A stretch of DNA of 64,000 bases from Nitrospirota bacterium (GTDB lineage Bacteria > Nitrospirota > Thermodesulfovibrionia > UBA6902 > JAJYJJ01): contig JAJYJJ010000009.1 of the NCBI GenBank assembly GCA_021789595.1, positions 1,274 through 65,273 on the forward strand. The letters are read 5' to 3'. The notes beneath the pieces were generated by a model. That model was not told the origin of the DNA and did not search any database. It saw only the letters and a program-made list of their open reading frames with translations. This document shows, in pieces, positions 1 through 9,380 of this stretch. Position 1 is the stretch's first letter, and each line of letters begins with the position of its first letter. A program made the translations under genes and the position numbers.

Positions 1-616
1 TATAGTTGATACTGCTGTATAAGCGGACTATAGAATTCTTCGAGTTCCCTGGAATGTAAAGGAGACAAAAAATATCTCAACTGACAAATCAAGCCAGACA
101 GATGCCGAAACTTACATTGCAGGCTTTAGGGCGGACAGCAGTAATTTTTACCTGACTTATATTCAGATAGATGTTCCAAATATTGACAATGGAGGCTTTG
201 CCGCGCCGCTTAAGATTTACGATAAAAATTTTAATTTGGTCGTGAATGAAAAAGTAAGAACTAAACAGTCAGGAGAGCCTGGTCTTCGACCCTCTTTGGA
301 ATTGAGAGGCGACACGATTTTTGTCGGCCATGACTCCGGAGCGTTAGGTAAAGGAAACGTAGAGGTTTATATTTATAAAATAAAAAGATGCAAACCGGCG
401 AATATGTGAAAAAATCACCTTAACCTTAACAGACAAGCCGGTGTTTGCGGAAGAGAAATGATAGAGCGAAAGCATTTTATTCTTCTGTAGAGTTGAAAAT
501 CCTTAATGCGGCGCGCCAACTTAGTTGGCACGAAAAATTGCGGCGGCGAAAAAAAGAAGCGACGAAAACGAGGACAGAAATGGGATAAAAAACACCAGTA
601 TCGAATGCACCCGGAA

Positions 617-1255
617 CTATCCCATGTCCTTTGCACCCATTATGGCAGTCACATCCCCTATAACGATTACGCCATTGCCCTGTCTCAAGACAAAGTCATT
701 CTGAGGAGTAAATATATAATCCTTCCCATCCTTTATGGCAACAACAGTAAGGTTATCCCTTTCAAGAAGGCCGCTCTCCTTTATGGTCTTATTCAGGTAA
801 GGCGAGCTTTCTGTTATAGGTATATCCTCAACCCTGATGGTTCTTGTCTTTTCCCGTAGCATCTCATCGAGAAAAGATACAACAGATGGTCTTATCATCT
901 CGGAGGCCATCCTGAGGCCGCCAATAAAATCTGGAATCACGACCCCATCTGCCCCTGCCCTTCTGAGTTTCTCCTCGCTCTCTTCTTCAACCGCCTTGGT
1001 TATAACCCGCACATCCGGATTTAGCCCCTTGGCTGTAAGTGTCAAGAGTAAGTTTTCAGCATCTGTGGGAAGGGTGCAGAAAATACCCTTTGCGCGCCTT
1101 ATCCCTGCCTGAAGCAGTATCACATCAGTTGTGGCATCGCCATGGACATAGAGTATTGTATCCGAGAGCTTAGAAAGGGCATCTGCATTCCTGTCGATAA
1201 CAACGAATTTTTTGTTTGTCTTTTCAAGCTCCTCCAGGAGCCTCTTTTTCAGCAT
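617..1255 (-). CDS. TrkA/KtrA-type K+ transport regulatory protein (TrkA-N NAD-binding + TrkA-C domains)
   Basis: 212 aa ORF. N-terminal Rossmann-like 'KKFVVIDRNADALSKL...GDATTDVILLQAGI' (TrkA-N) and C-terminal 'RVEDIPITESSPYLNKTIKESGL...VVAIKDGKDYIF' (TrkA-C/RCK_C) are recognised from family knowledge. Confidence 0.7.
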   Translation of the reverse strand: MLKKRLLEELEKTNKKFVVIDRNADALSKLSDTILYVHGDATTDVILLQAGIRRAKGIFCTLPTDAENLLLTLTAKGLNPDVRVITKAVEEESEEKLRRAGADGVVIPDFIGGLRMASEMIRPSVVSFLDEMLREKTRTIRVEDIPITESSPYLNKTIKESGLLERDNLTVVAIKDGKDYIFTPQNDFVLRQGNGVIVIGDVTAIMGAKDMG

Positions 1256-1324
1256 AGCAGATTATATCACGGATTCCCTTCCCTCTTCTTCTCAGATAGG
1301 CTATAATAATCGTGGAGGTGATTT

Positions 1325-1684
1325 ATGCTACCTTTTAAGCGTTCTCAAAGGGTTGGGGATTTGATGCGTGAGGAGATTGCAGATATTATAATGCGTAAGC
1401 TCAAGGACCCCAGGCTTGGTTTTATTACAGTTACAGGGGTTGATGTAAGCGATGACCTGAAACATGCCAGGGTCTATGTGAGTGTGCTTGAGGCAGAAAA
1501 GCGCGATGAGACAATGAAGGTGTTGGCATCTTCTACAGGTTTCGTAAAAGGAGAGCTCTCAAGGCGGATAAGGATAAAATTCCTTCCTGATATTATGTTT
1601 AAGCTCGATACATCAATCGAATACGGTGCAAAGATAGACAGGATACTAAAGGAGTTAAAAGAAAAAGGTGAAAGTTCCTCCTGA
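1325..1684 (+). CDS. rbfA: ribosome-binding factor A
   Basis: 119 aa with the RbfA pattern 'RSQRVGDLMREEIADII...DPRLGFITVTGVDVSDDLKHARVYVS'. Sits directly upstream of truB as in many bacteria. Confidence 0.85.
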   Translation: MLPFKRSQRVGDLMREEIADIIMRKLKDPRLGFITVTGVDVSDDLKHARVYVSVLEAEKRDETMKVLASSTGFVKGELSRRIRIKFLPDIMFKLDTSIEYGAKIDRILKELKEKGESSS

Positions 1685-2633
1685 ACTTCTATCGCTCATA
1701 ACATCAGCCAAGAGCTTTTTTATCGCAACCCATATCAACCCTGAAGGCGATGCCATCGGGTCTGCTGCAGCACTTGCAATTGCCTTAGAGTCAATTGGCA
1801 AGGATATCTATCTCTTTGACAGGGACCCTGTACCTGAGGTATACAGGTTCCTTCCCCACTCTGAGGGATTTACAAATATAATCCCGGCCTCAACATTTGA
1901 TGTAATGATAATTGTTGATTGTGGAGATATTGAGAGGATCGGTTCAAAAGCGCCTGAGTCAAGACACAGGGCAGTGATTGACCACCATATTACAGAAAGG
2001 CCATTTGGAGATATCAGATGGGTAACGCCGCATGCATCGGCAACAGGCGAGATGATTTACAGCCTGCTGAACAGCCTTGGGATCAAGATCACCAGAGATA
2101 TTGCCGTTAATCTCTATACAGCCATTGTAACAGATACGGGTTTCTTCAGGTATGCAAATACAACACCTGATGCCATGATGACCTGTGGAGAATTAATCGA
2201 CCTTGGGGTTGATCCATCAGAGGTGAATGAGGCAGTATCTGAGAGTTTTTCCCTTAACAAATTTAAACTCCTATCAAGGGTATTGAGTACAATTCAGATG
2301 GATGGAAAAACAGCATGGCTTACAGTCACCAATCAAATGTATGAAGAGACAGGGACATCTGCGGCGGATACGGAAAACTTTGTGAACTACCCGCTGATAA
2401 TAAGAGGGATTGCCGTATCTGTCCTTTTCAGACAGCTTGATCCTGATTTATGGAAGATAAGCCTTCGCTCAAAGAGAAGGCTCGATGTGGCATCCATTGC
2501 AGAGGAGTTCGGGGGCGGAGGCCACAAAAACGCTGCAGGCTGCAATGTAAAGGGAGACCTCCATTATGTCAGGGATCTGGTTATCAATTCTGTGAAGAGG
2601 GCTATCCATGAGTCTAATAGTAAATCTCAATAA
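1668..2633 (+). CDS. nrnA: DHH/DHHA1 family bifunctional oligoribonuclease / pAp phosphatase (NrnA-like)
   Basis: 321 aa with DHH motif 'AIVDHHITE', 'IVTDTGFFRY' and the DHHA1 C-terminal 'GGGGHKNAAG'. Overlaps the rbfA stop and the truB start, suggesting translational coupling. Confidence 0.8.
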   Translation: MKVPPELLSLITSAKSFFIATHINPEGDAIGSAAALAIALESIGKDIYLFDRDPVPEVYRFLPHSEGFTNIIPASTFDVMIIVDCGDIERIGSKAPESRHRAVIDHHITERPFGDIRWVTPHASATGEMIYSLLNSLGIKITRDIAVNLYTAIVTDTGFFRYANTTPDAMMTCGELIDLGVDPSEVNEAVSESFSLNKFKLLSRVLSTIQMDGKTAWLTVTNQMYEETGTSAADTENFVNYPLIIRGIAVSVLFRQLDPDLWKISLRSKRRLDVASIAEEFGGGGHKNAAGCNVKGDLHYVRDLVINSVKRAIHESNSKSQ

Positions 2634-3519
2634 GCCGTCAGGCATAACATCACAGGAGGCAATAGTTAAGGTCAGGGATACCCTTGGTGCAAAAAAGGCT
2701 GGACACAGCGGAACGCTTGACCCGATGGCATCAGGCGTCCTTATCGTGCTTCTTGATAAGGCAACAAGGCTGTCAGAGATATTCCTTAATTTTGATAAGG
2801 AATACCTTGCTACAATGAAACTCGGCGAGGCCACAGATACCCAAGATGTGGAGGGAAAGATAATCTCAAAGGTCGAATCCTTTGAGATTAACAGAGGTGA
2901 TATCGAGGCCGTCTTAAAGTCGTTTGTAGGCAGCATCAGCCAGATACCACCCATGTACTCTGCTATAAAACACGAAGGAATGCCGCTTTACAAACTGGCA
3001 AGAAAGGGTATAGAGATTCATAGAAGTCCAAGGGAGGTTTTTATTCATGAGCTTGCTGTTGAAGGGCTAAACATGCCCCTTGTTACTTTCAGGGTAAGAT
3101 GCTCCAAAGGCACTTATATACGCACCCTGTGTAATGATATAGGAATAGCCCTTGGAGTCGGTGCCCATCTGTTTTCGCTTATAAGGACAAAGGTTGGCCC
3201 ATTCACAATAAAGGATGCAGTCGGCCTTGATGAACTTCTAAATAGAGACAGAGGTATTTACAGCATTGACGATGCCCTGTCCTGGATGAAGGAGATAATG
3301 ATAAGGGATGAGGCAATTGTAAAGGTAAAAAATGGCGCTCCTCTCAAGGCAGCGGATGTGGAATATTTTAGTGATGGTATCAAGATCGGTGATAGGGTAA
3401 GGATAAAGGCAGGAGATAATACACTGCTTGCTATAGGTATTATTCAGGAGGACATGCAGTATCCTATCAGGACAGATAAGGTCATCATGGATTATGAAAA
3501 GGATTGTCTCAGGATATGA
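2608..3519 (+). CDS. truB: tRNA pseudouridine(55) synthase
   Basis: 303 aa with TruB catalytic motif 'GHSGTLDPMASGVLIVLLDKATR', followed by a PUA-like C-terminus. Confidence 0.9.
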   Translation: MSLIVNLNKPSGITSQEAIVKVRDTLGAKKAGHSGTLDPMASGVLIVLLDKATRLSEIFLNFDKEYLATMKLGEATDTQDVEGKIISKVESFEINRGDIEAVLKSFVGSISQIPPMYSAIKHEGMPLYKLARKGIEIHRSPREVFIHELAVEGLNMPLVTFRVRCSKGTYIRTLCNDIGIALGVGAHLFSLIRTKVGPFTIKDAVGLDELLNRDRGIYSIDDALSWMKEIMIRDEAIVKVKNGAPLKAADVEYFSDGIKIGDRVRIKAGDNTLLAIGIIQEDMQYPIRTDKVIMDYEKDCLRI

Positions 3520-4808
3520 CAAAAGATACTTCGCCTGTTGTTAACATAAAAACAATGGATATGCTTGGAAGGCCAGAGGTTGTCACTGTGGATGAAGCAA
3601 GAGGAATGCTGCTGTCACAGTTTAATCCTGTCCCGCCACCAAAGATAGAGATGCCAATAGATGACTGCCTTGGCAGGGTTACTGCGATAGATGTCCTTTC
3701 CCCTGAAGACCTGCCCAATTTTTCCCGTTCAACAGTTGACGGGTTTGCTGTTGCTGCATCGGATACATTTGGCGCAACAGAGGCTATCCCTGCCTATCTC
3801 AATATAGCCGCTGAGGTTATCATGGGTAAAGAGCCTGTATTTGAGCTAAGGAAAGGAGAGGTTGCGAGGATCGCTACAGGTGGTATGCTGCCAATAGGCT
3901 CGGATGCTGTTGTCATGCTTGAGCACACCCAAGCTATTAATGAAAAGATCATAGAGGTATTAAGACCTGTTGCCCCTGGTGACAATGTAATCCAGGCAGG
4001 AGAGGATGCAAAGAAAGGGGATTTAATACTCAGTAAGGGACACAGGATAAGACCGCAGGATATCGGAGCACTTGCAGGGCTTGGCATTACAAGCATACCG
4101 GTATATGAAAAACCAAGGGTTGTCATAATATCTACAGGGGATGAGGTGGTGCCTGCCTCAAGTCCAATCAAGACAGGAGAGGTAAGGGATATAAACTCCT
4201 ATAATCTCGCAGGACTCATTACCAAAAGAGGCGGTGTACCGATTAGAAAAGGGATATTGCCTGACAGATACGATGTCATAAAGGCAGTACTGAAGCAGTC
4301 TCTTAAAGAAGCTGATATTGTTACTATTACAGGCGGAAGCTCTGTTGGCGCAAGGGATCTGACCGCAAAGATAATCAATGACCTCGGCAGCCCAGGCGTC
4401 CTGTTTCATGGCGTATCTGTAAAGCCTGGCAAACCGATGATCGGCGGCATTGTTGATGGTAAGGCCGTATTCGGCCTTCCAGGACATCCTGCTGCTGTGA
4501 CTGTATGCTTTGAGCTTTTCATACGACCTGTGCTTGAACTCCTTACAGGTGAAAAAAAGAAGCACTATCGTCACGGAAACAATACAGTAAAGGCAAGGCT
4601 CACAAAAAACCTTGCCTCAAGCAGCGGCAGGGAGGAGCATATCAGGGTTGCCATTGAGGAGAGGGATGGCAAATTGTGGGCAAGACCAATCCTTGGAAAA
4701 TCAGGTCTCATCACTACCCTTGTAAAGGCTGATGGGACAATTGTAATACCATTAAGAAAACTTGGCTTGGATGAAGGTGAAGAGGTTGAGGTCATTCTAT
4801 TTGACTGA
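3504..4808 (+). CDS. moeA: molybdopterin molybdenumtransferase MoeA
   Basis: 434 aa with MoeA N-domain 'RSTVDGFAVAASDT', the MoCF-binding core 'VVIISTGDEVV...ITGGSSVGARD' and a MoeA_C tail. Confidence 0.85.
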   Translation: MSQDMTKDTSPVVNIKTMDMLGRPEVVTVDEARGMLLSQFNPVPPPKIEMPIDDCLGRVTAIDVLSPEDLPNFSRSTVDGFAVAASDTFGATEAIPAYLNIAAEVIMGKEPVFELRKGEVARIATGGMLPIGSDAVVMLEHTQAINEKIIEVLRPVAPGDNVIQAGEDAKKGDLILSKGHRIRPQDIGALAGLGITSIPVYEKPRVVIISTGDEVVPASSPIKTGEVRDINSYNLAGLITKRGGVPIRKGILPDRYDVIKAVLKQSLKEADIVTITGGSSVGARDLTAKIINDLGSPGVLFHGVSVKPGKPMIGGIVDGKAVFGLPGHPAAVTVCFELFIRPVLELLTGEKKKHYRHGNNTVKARLTKNLASSSGREEHIRVAIEERDGKLWARPILGKSGLITTLVKADGTIVIPLRKLGLDEGEEVEVILFD

Positions 4809-4830
4809 TTTTTTATTTTTTGTTACCCTG

Positions 4831-4853
4831 CGTTATGCAAAAAAGTCATAACG
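4831..4853. promoter_or_regulatory. inverted repeat CGTTATG-N9-CATAACG, ModE-operator-like, upstream of the ModE-N gene
   Basis: 7-bp perfect inverted-repeat arms seen in sequence, 43 bp upstream of the 4896 start codon. It resembles the CGnTATATA/TATATAnCG half sites of E. coli ModE operators (recalled from memory). Confidence 0.35.
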
Positions 4854-4895
4854 GTGGTAATATTAGAATTATAGATTTTCTGGAATATAAGCGGT

Positions 4896-5228
4896 ATGGA
4901 GATTAAATCAAAGCTCTGGATAGAGGTAGAGGGAGAACCTGTCTTCGGCAGGGGCAGGAGGTTTTTGCTTCAGGCAATAGATAAGTATGGCTCAATAAAC
5001 CAGGCAGCTAAGGAGATAAACATCTCCTACAGAAAGGCATGGGGTTACATAAACGCAATGGAAAAGAGGCTCGGTATCAGACTTGTCGAAAGACAGGCAG
5101 GCGGCAAAAATGGCGGCGGCGCCACTCTCACAAAGGAGGCACGGGAGTTTTTAAAGAAGTATGAGATGATGGAGGAAGGCATAAGGGAGATTGTGGATGC
5201 GAGGTTTAAAGAGATATTTGGCGAATAA
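4896..5228 (+). CDS. ModE N-terminal-domain-only winged-helix regulator (molybdate-responsive family, no Mop/TOBE domains)
   Basis: 110 aa resembling the ModE N-domain ('GRRFLLQAIDKYGSINQAAKEINISYRKAWGYINAMEKRLG'). Lies between moeA and a MoCF-binding gene, and a ModE-box-like inverted repeat sits upstream. Confidence 0.6.
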   Translation: MEIKSKLWIEVEGEPVFGRGRRFLLQAIDKYGSINQAAKEINISYRKAWGYINAMEKRLGIRLVERQAGGKNGGGATLTKEAREFLKKYEMMEEGIREIVDARFKEIFGE

Positions 5229-5319
5229 ATAGGATTCAGTGGCCAGGATACAGAAGTCAATAAAACAGTTTAATCCTGACCTTGGCCTCTGAATTCTGCC
5301 TCTAAAGAAAGGATTTGCT

Positions 5320-6564
5320 ATGTGTGATGTTCAATGTGATGAGACAAGAAACATCTGGAAAGGTAAAACAGTCCCTGTAACAGAGGCAGTGGGAATGGTG
5401 CTGGCACACGATATCACAGAGATAAGGCAGGATGAATTTAAAGGCAGGGCATTTAAAAAAGGACATATTGTCAGACATGAGGATATAAGCCACCTTCAAA
5501 GGCTCGGCAAGGAACATCTATTTGTTCTAAACATTGCTGAAGACGAGATGCATGAAGACGATGCAGCGTATGCCCTGGCCAATGCCTTGATGGGCGAAGG
5601 CGTTACAATGGAAGGCGAACCAAAGGAGGGCAAGATAAATATTGTTGCTAATAGAGACGGGCTTTTGAAGATCAATAAGGATGCCCTTTTACAATTCAAT
5701 ATGCTCGGAGATGTTATGTGTGCAAGCCTTCATGATAATACCGTGGTAAAAAGTGGCCAGGTTGTTGCAGGCACGAGGGCAATACCGCTGGTGGTAAAAA
5801 GAAGAATAATTGAAGAGGCAATGGCAATTGCAGAAAAAGTTAGGGTAAAAATCCCCCCTTACCCCCCTTTAGTAAAGGGGGGATGGGGATTTGAGGGGAA
5901 TCAGGAGGATTATAAATTTACTGGAATAATTGCAGTTAAAAAAATGAGAAGGCCAAAGGCAGGCATCATTATTACAGGCAATGAGGTCTATTATGGAAGG
6001 ATAAAGGACGCCTTTGCACCGATTATCACAAAAAAGATCGAGACATTTAAAGGGGAAATTGTAGGGATCTACTATGCGCCTGATGATGAGGTTTTCATAG
6101 AGGCGAGATTGAGGGAACTAATAGAGGCTGGAGCTGATTTGCTAATTACAACAGGAGGCATGTCTGTTGACCCTGATGATGTAACAAGGTTTGCCATAAG
6201 AACACTTGGTGCAACTGATATCACATATGGCTCAGCAGTGCTTCCAGGTGCGATGTTTCTGGTCGCGTATTTTAATAAGTTAAAAGTTAAAAGTCAGAAG
6301 TCAGATAAACCCCTTAATCCTCCCATTACTAAGGGAGGACAGGAGGTGGACTCCGGACTCCAAACTCCAGACTCAGAACTGGTGACTATCTTGGGCATCC
6401 CTGCCTGTGGGATGTATCATAAAACTACAATATTTGATTTAATCCTTCTAAGGGTGCTTGCAGGAGAGAAAATCGGGAGATATGAGCTTGCAGAACTTGG
6501 ACATGGCGGATTATGCCTTAATTGCAAGGAGTGCAGATACCCTGTATGCCCATTTGGAAAATAG
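5320..6564 (+). CDS. molybdopterin-binding (MoCF_biosynth / MoeA-like) domain protein carrying two in-frame repeat-element insertions
   Basis: 414 aa with MoeA-like N-region and MoCF-binding core 'GIIITGNEVYYG...LLITTGGMSVDPDDV'. Two low-complexity inserts, 'IPPYPPLVKGGWGF' and 'KLKVKSQKSDKPLNPPITKGGQEVDSGLQTPDSE', are encoded by palindromic repeat DNA. Confidence 0.6.
   Translation: MCDVQCDETRNIWKGKTVPVTEAVGMVLAHDITEIRQDEFKGRAFKKGHIVRHEDISHLQRLGKEHLFVLNIAEDEMHEDDAAYALANALMGEGVTMEGEPKEGKINIVANRDGLLKINKDALLQFNMLGDVMCASLHDNTVVKSGQVVAGTRAIPLVVKRRIIEEAMAIAEKVRVKIPPYPPLVKGGWGFEGNQEDYKFTGIIAVKKMRRPKAGIIITGNEVYYGRIKDAFAPIITKKIETFKGEIVGIYYAPDDEVFIEARLRELIEAGADLLITTGGMSVDPDDVTRFAIRTLGATDITYGSAVLPGAMFLVAYFNKLKVKSQKSDKPLNPPITKGGQEVDSGLQTPDSELVTILGIPACGMYHKTTIFDLILLRVLAGEKIGRYELAELGHGGLCLNCKECRYPVCPFGK
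5848..5892. repeat. 45-bp G/C-run palindromic element (aaatcccccc-tt-acccccc-ttt agt aaagggggg-at-ggggat-tt) inserted in-frame in a CDS
   Basis: Imperfect inverted repeat with a 3-nt loop, seen directly in sequence. Length is a multiple of 3 and the reading frame is kept. Same family as the perfect copy at 61344..61390. Confidence 0.7.
6285..6390. repeat. composite repetitive insertion (direct repeats aagttaaaag x2, gactcc x4) flanking a diverged palindromic element (aaacccc-ttaatcctccc-att-act-aa-gggagg) inside the same CDS
   Basis: Seen in sequence. 'cctcccattactaagggagg' at 6319..6338 is a hairpin of the same style as the 61344 element. The insertion stays in frame. Confidence 0.5.
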
Positions 6565-6634
6565 GTATCAACTTGTGCCGCAGTTTGCTTTGATGGTTCT
6601 ACGGTCGAAGACCCCTGTGCCTGCCTGATAACGG

Positions 6635-6643
6635 TGTTATAAT
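6635..6643 (+). promoter_or_regulatory. extended -10 (TGtTATAAT) immediately upstream of the addB-like start, suggesting a leaderless or very short-leader transcript
   Basis: TGTTATAAT lies 8 nt before the ATG at 6651. No Shine-Dalgarno sequence is visible in between. Confidence 0.25.
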
Positions 6644-6650
6644 ATAAAAG

Positions 6651-9368
6651 ATGATTACTCTTAAGACCCTGAATCTAAAAGAAGACCCGATTGAATATAT
6701 TTCCAAAAAGGTATATAGCGTTGGATATAAACCATCTGATATTGCCGTTGTCTTTCCAACTGCAAGGGGTATCAGATATTTCTACAGGGCTATATCATGC
6801 CATAACCCTCTGGAAACTATTCATGCGCCATACTGCTATGATATCAGCGAATTTCTAAAACTCTGTCTGAACGCCAATGGAACTGCCTTGATTGATGATG
6901 CCTTAAGGATTTTCTATCTTCATAAGGCCATCGGGAGCATTGATGGGCATCGGCTGTCCGAACTTTTCAAGGAAGGATACGAGAGGTTTGCCGGTGATTA
7001 TCTGAGTTTTATATCAACAGGCCAGCGGCTACTCAGGTTTTATGACGAGATTGCCACAGAAAGGGTTTCATTTCAAACATTAAAAACCAGCACCCTATAC
7101 ACTGATTATGAAAAACACATAGCCCTTCTTGAACAGATATTAACTCAATATAAAGGGCTGCTTTCTGGGGATGGACTTACCGATCCAATATTCCTTAAGA
7201 TGGATGCAAGGATTAATCTTGAGCTATTAGAGGGCTTCAAGAAGATATATTTTCTCACAGGTGGTTATCTCAGTAACTTTGAGCTCGAACTTATCAAGGC
7301 TATTTCGGATGTTAAAGACATCGAGTTGATACTCAGATTTGAAGGCCAGCCTGATGGGCAGACCAGGAAGATCTATAGTTTTTTTGACCTTAAACCAGAA
7401 AACACAACTGAGGAAACGCTTCCCTCCACACTGGAGATACATGAATTCGAGGAGGCCACATCACAGTTTGGCTTTATACTCTCCTCTGTAGAAAGGTCCC
7501 TGAATATGGGCATACCGTCAGAGGAGATTGTTGTGGTGCTGCCTGATGAAAATTTCAAGAGGATAATGTTCAGCCTTGACAGAGAGAGGATATTCAACTT
7601 CGCAATGGGGCTTGATATGAAAGAGACGCTCTTCTATTCATTTTTAAAAGGGATTGAAAGGCTGTTTCACGCTGATGCCCCTGACTCGTTCAGAACCCTG
7701 AGCCTTATACCATTTATAGAGCATCCGTTTGTAAAGAATCTTTTACCTGCAGGTTACGCTGACTCGCTATCAGGGCAACCAAAAAAGTCTAAAGACAAGG
7801 CCTTCTCCACACAGTTGATTGAGGACATTAAAGAGAAGAATAGACTTTTAATAGCAAGACCTGAGTTATTCAGAAGCCCGAAGCTGAGGGATTTCCTTAA
7901 TAAAACAGAGTATCTCCTGACATCAAAGATAGACTATAACAGCTTTTTACTCAGAACATCTGACCTCCTCAGGCATGTGCTTGCCCATCTGGACAAAGAG
8001 TTCATTGATAGGCTTGAGAAGAGTCCTGCGTTCAAGGAATCAAGGAAGGTCATATTTGAATATCTCTTTGAGCATGCATCAAAGCCCTACTATAACATCA
8101 ACACCGGGAACAACGCATTTAACCACCTTAAATACCTAAATCAACAGATCTCCGGAGTTAATTATCCTGATGTAGCAGGTGGAGCAATCACTGTTATGGG
8201 GGTTCTTGAGACAAGAGACCTGAGATTCAAGGCCGTTATTATCCCTGATATGAATGAGGAGATAATACCAAAGAGAAGCGAAAAAGAATTGTTCCTGAAT
8301 ACCGCCATCAGGAAATCCATAGGGATACCCACTTATACAGACAGAGAAAACCTGGGCAGATACTATTTCTTAAGCCTGATAAAAAATGCAGATGCCGTAT
8401 ACCTGAGCTATGTCAAGACAGATAATAGAAGGCCGAGAAGTAGATTTATTGAGGAGATTCTTACAGATACAGGCATAGAACATAGAAAAGGTCTGAGACA
8501 ATATATATTCTCTAATGACACGGCTGATACCCCTTATAGCCTAACCTTCCCTGATATGATAAAAAAGGACGCATATACAATGAGGCTGATAAACAGGATG
8601 CCATTAAGCCCTACAAGTATTAAGACCTACCTTGAATGCAGATACAGGTTTCTCCTCAAATATATAAAGGCTTTTAAAGAGCCAGTAGAGGTAAAAGAGG
8701 AGCTCAGGCCTTTTGACCTCGGCAATATATTTCATGAGGCAATAAAGAAGGTCTACAGGAAAAATAAGTCCTTTAGAGACCATGCAGCACTGTATGAAGT
8801 CATTGTTAATGCTGTCAGAAAAGAGGCGGTGGAAAATTATGATATATTCCGGCTGAGTCACCATGCAAGGTTTGAACTCGATGTGTTTGTTGAAAAGCTC
8901 AGGGCTTTTGTGGATAAGGAGATTGAGAGATTCTCTGGAGGCTGGCACCCAGAGTATATAGAAAAAACCTTATCCGTCCCTATCTTTGGCCATGAGTTCA
9001 AGGGTATGATAGATCGTGTGGATATAAGGCAGGGTAAGGCCATGATAATAGACTATAAACTCTCAGATGTAAGACCATGGAAAAAAGTGAAATTCGACAC
9101 AGATTTTACTGATGTCCAGCTTCCTCTATATATGGCAATGTTTCAAAAGGCTGTGCCTGAGATAGAGGTCGAGGGGATTGCCTATTATGATATGAAAAGG
9201 ACATTCTCGCTCATAACGGCATTTGAAAAAATGGATATTGCAGATTTCATGGAATTCATGCAAGGGGTAATAGCAGAGATGAAGGACAGGGCTGTCTGTT
9301 TCTCAAAGACAGAAAACATCAAGGTATGCAGGCACTGCGGATTTATAGATATGTGCAGAAGGAATTAG
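6651..9368 (+). CDS. addB: AddB-like helicase-nuclease subunit (inactivated helicase fold plus C-terminal RecB-family nuclease with Fe-S cysteines)
   Basis: 905 aa with no Walker A motif. C-terminus has nuclease motif 'MIIDYKLS...QLPLYM' and 'CRHCGFIDMC' (CxxCx5C), matching the AddB iron-staple cysteines. It precedes the addA-like gene, as in the Bacillus addB-addA order. Confidence 0.6.
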   Translation: MITLKTLNLKEDPIEYISKKVYSVGYKPSDIAVVFPTARGIRYFYRAISCHNPLETIHAPYCYDISEFLKLCLNANGTALIDDALRIFYLHKAIGSIDGHRLSELFKEGYERFAGDYLSFISTGQRLLRFYDEIATERVSFQTLKTSTLYTDYEKHIALLEQILTQYKGLLSGDGLTDPIFLKMDARINLELLEGFKKIYFLTGGYLSNFELELIKAISDVKDIELILRFEGQPDGQTRKIYSFFDLKPENTTEETLPSTLEIHEFEEATSQFGFILSSVERSLNMGIPSEEIVVVLPDENFKRIMFSLDRERIFNFAMGLDMKETLFYSFLKGIERLFHADAPDSFRTLSLIPFIEHPFVKNLLPAGYADSLSGQPKKSKDKAFSTQLIEDIKEKNRLLIARPELFRSPKLRDFLNKTEYLLTSKIDYNSFLLRTSDLLRHVLAHLDKEFIDRLEKSPAFKESRKVIFEYLFEHASKPYYNINTGNNAFNHLKYLNQQISGVNYPDVAGGAITVMGVLETRDLRFKAVIIPDMNEEIIPKRSEKELFLNTAIRKSIGIPTYTDRENLGRYYFLSLIKNADAVYLSYVKTDNRRPRSRFIEEILTDTGIEHRKGLRQYIFSNDTADTPYSLTFPDMIKKDAYTMRLINRMPLSPTSIKTYLECRYRFLLKYIKAFKEPVEVKEELRPFDLGNIFHEAIKKVYRKNKSFRDHAALYEVIVNAVRKEAVENYDIFRLSHHARFELDVFVEKLRAFVDKEIERFSGGWHPEYIEKTLSVPIFGHEFKGMIDRVDIRQGKAMIIDYKLSDVRPWKKVKFDTDFTDVQLPLYMAMFQKAVPEIEVEGIAYYDMKRTFSLITAFEKMDIADFMEFMQGVIAEMKDRAVCFSKTENIKVCRHCGFIDMCRRN

Positions 9369-9380
9369 AATCCTGTTATT

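Noticed and set aside
23-410. Long open frame at the window start ('...GFAAPLKIYDKNFNLVVNEKVRTKQSGEPGLRPSLELRGDTIFVGHDSGALGKGNVEVYIYKIK...')
   Set aside because: It is protein-like, but it is bounded by a stop at 20..22 and contains no ATG. The only candidate starts are internal GTG/TTG. It could be a small gene with a non-ATG start, but I cannot support a call.
415-859. ORFs 415..636 (-) and 506..859 (+)
   Set aside because: They overlap each other and the TrkA-like gene antisense. Their composition is Arg/Cys-rich nonsense and they have no RBS, so they are likely spurious.
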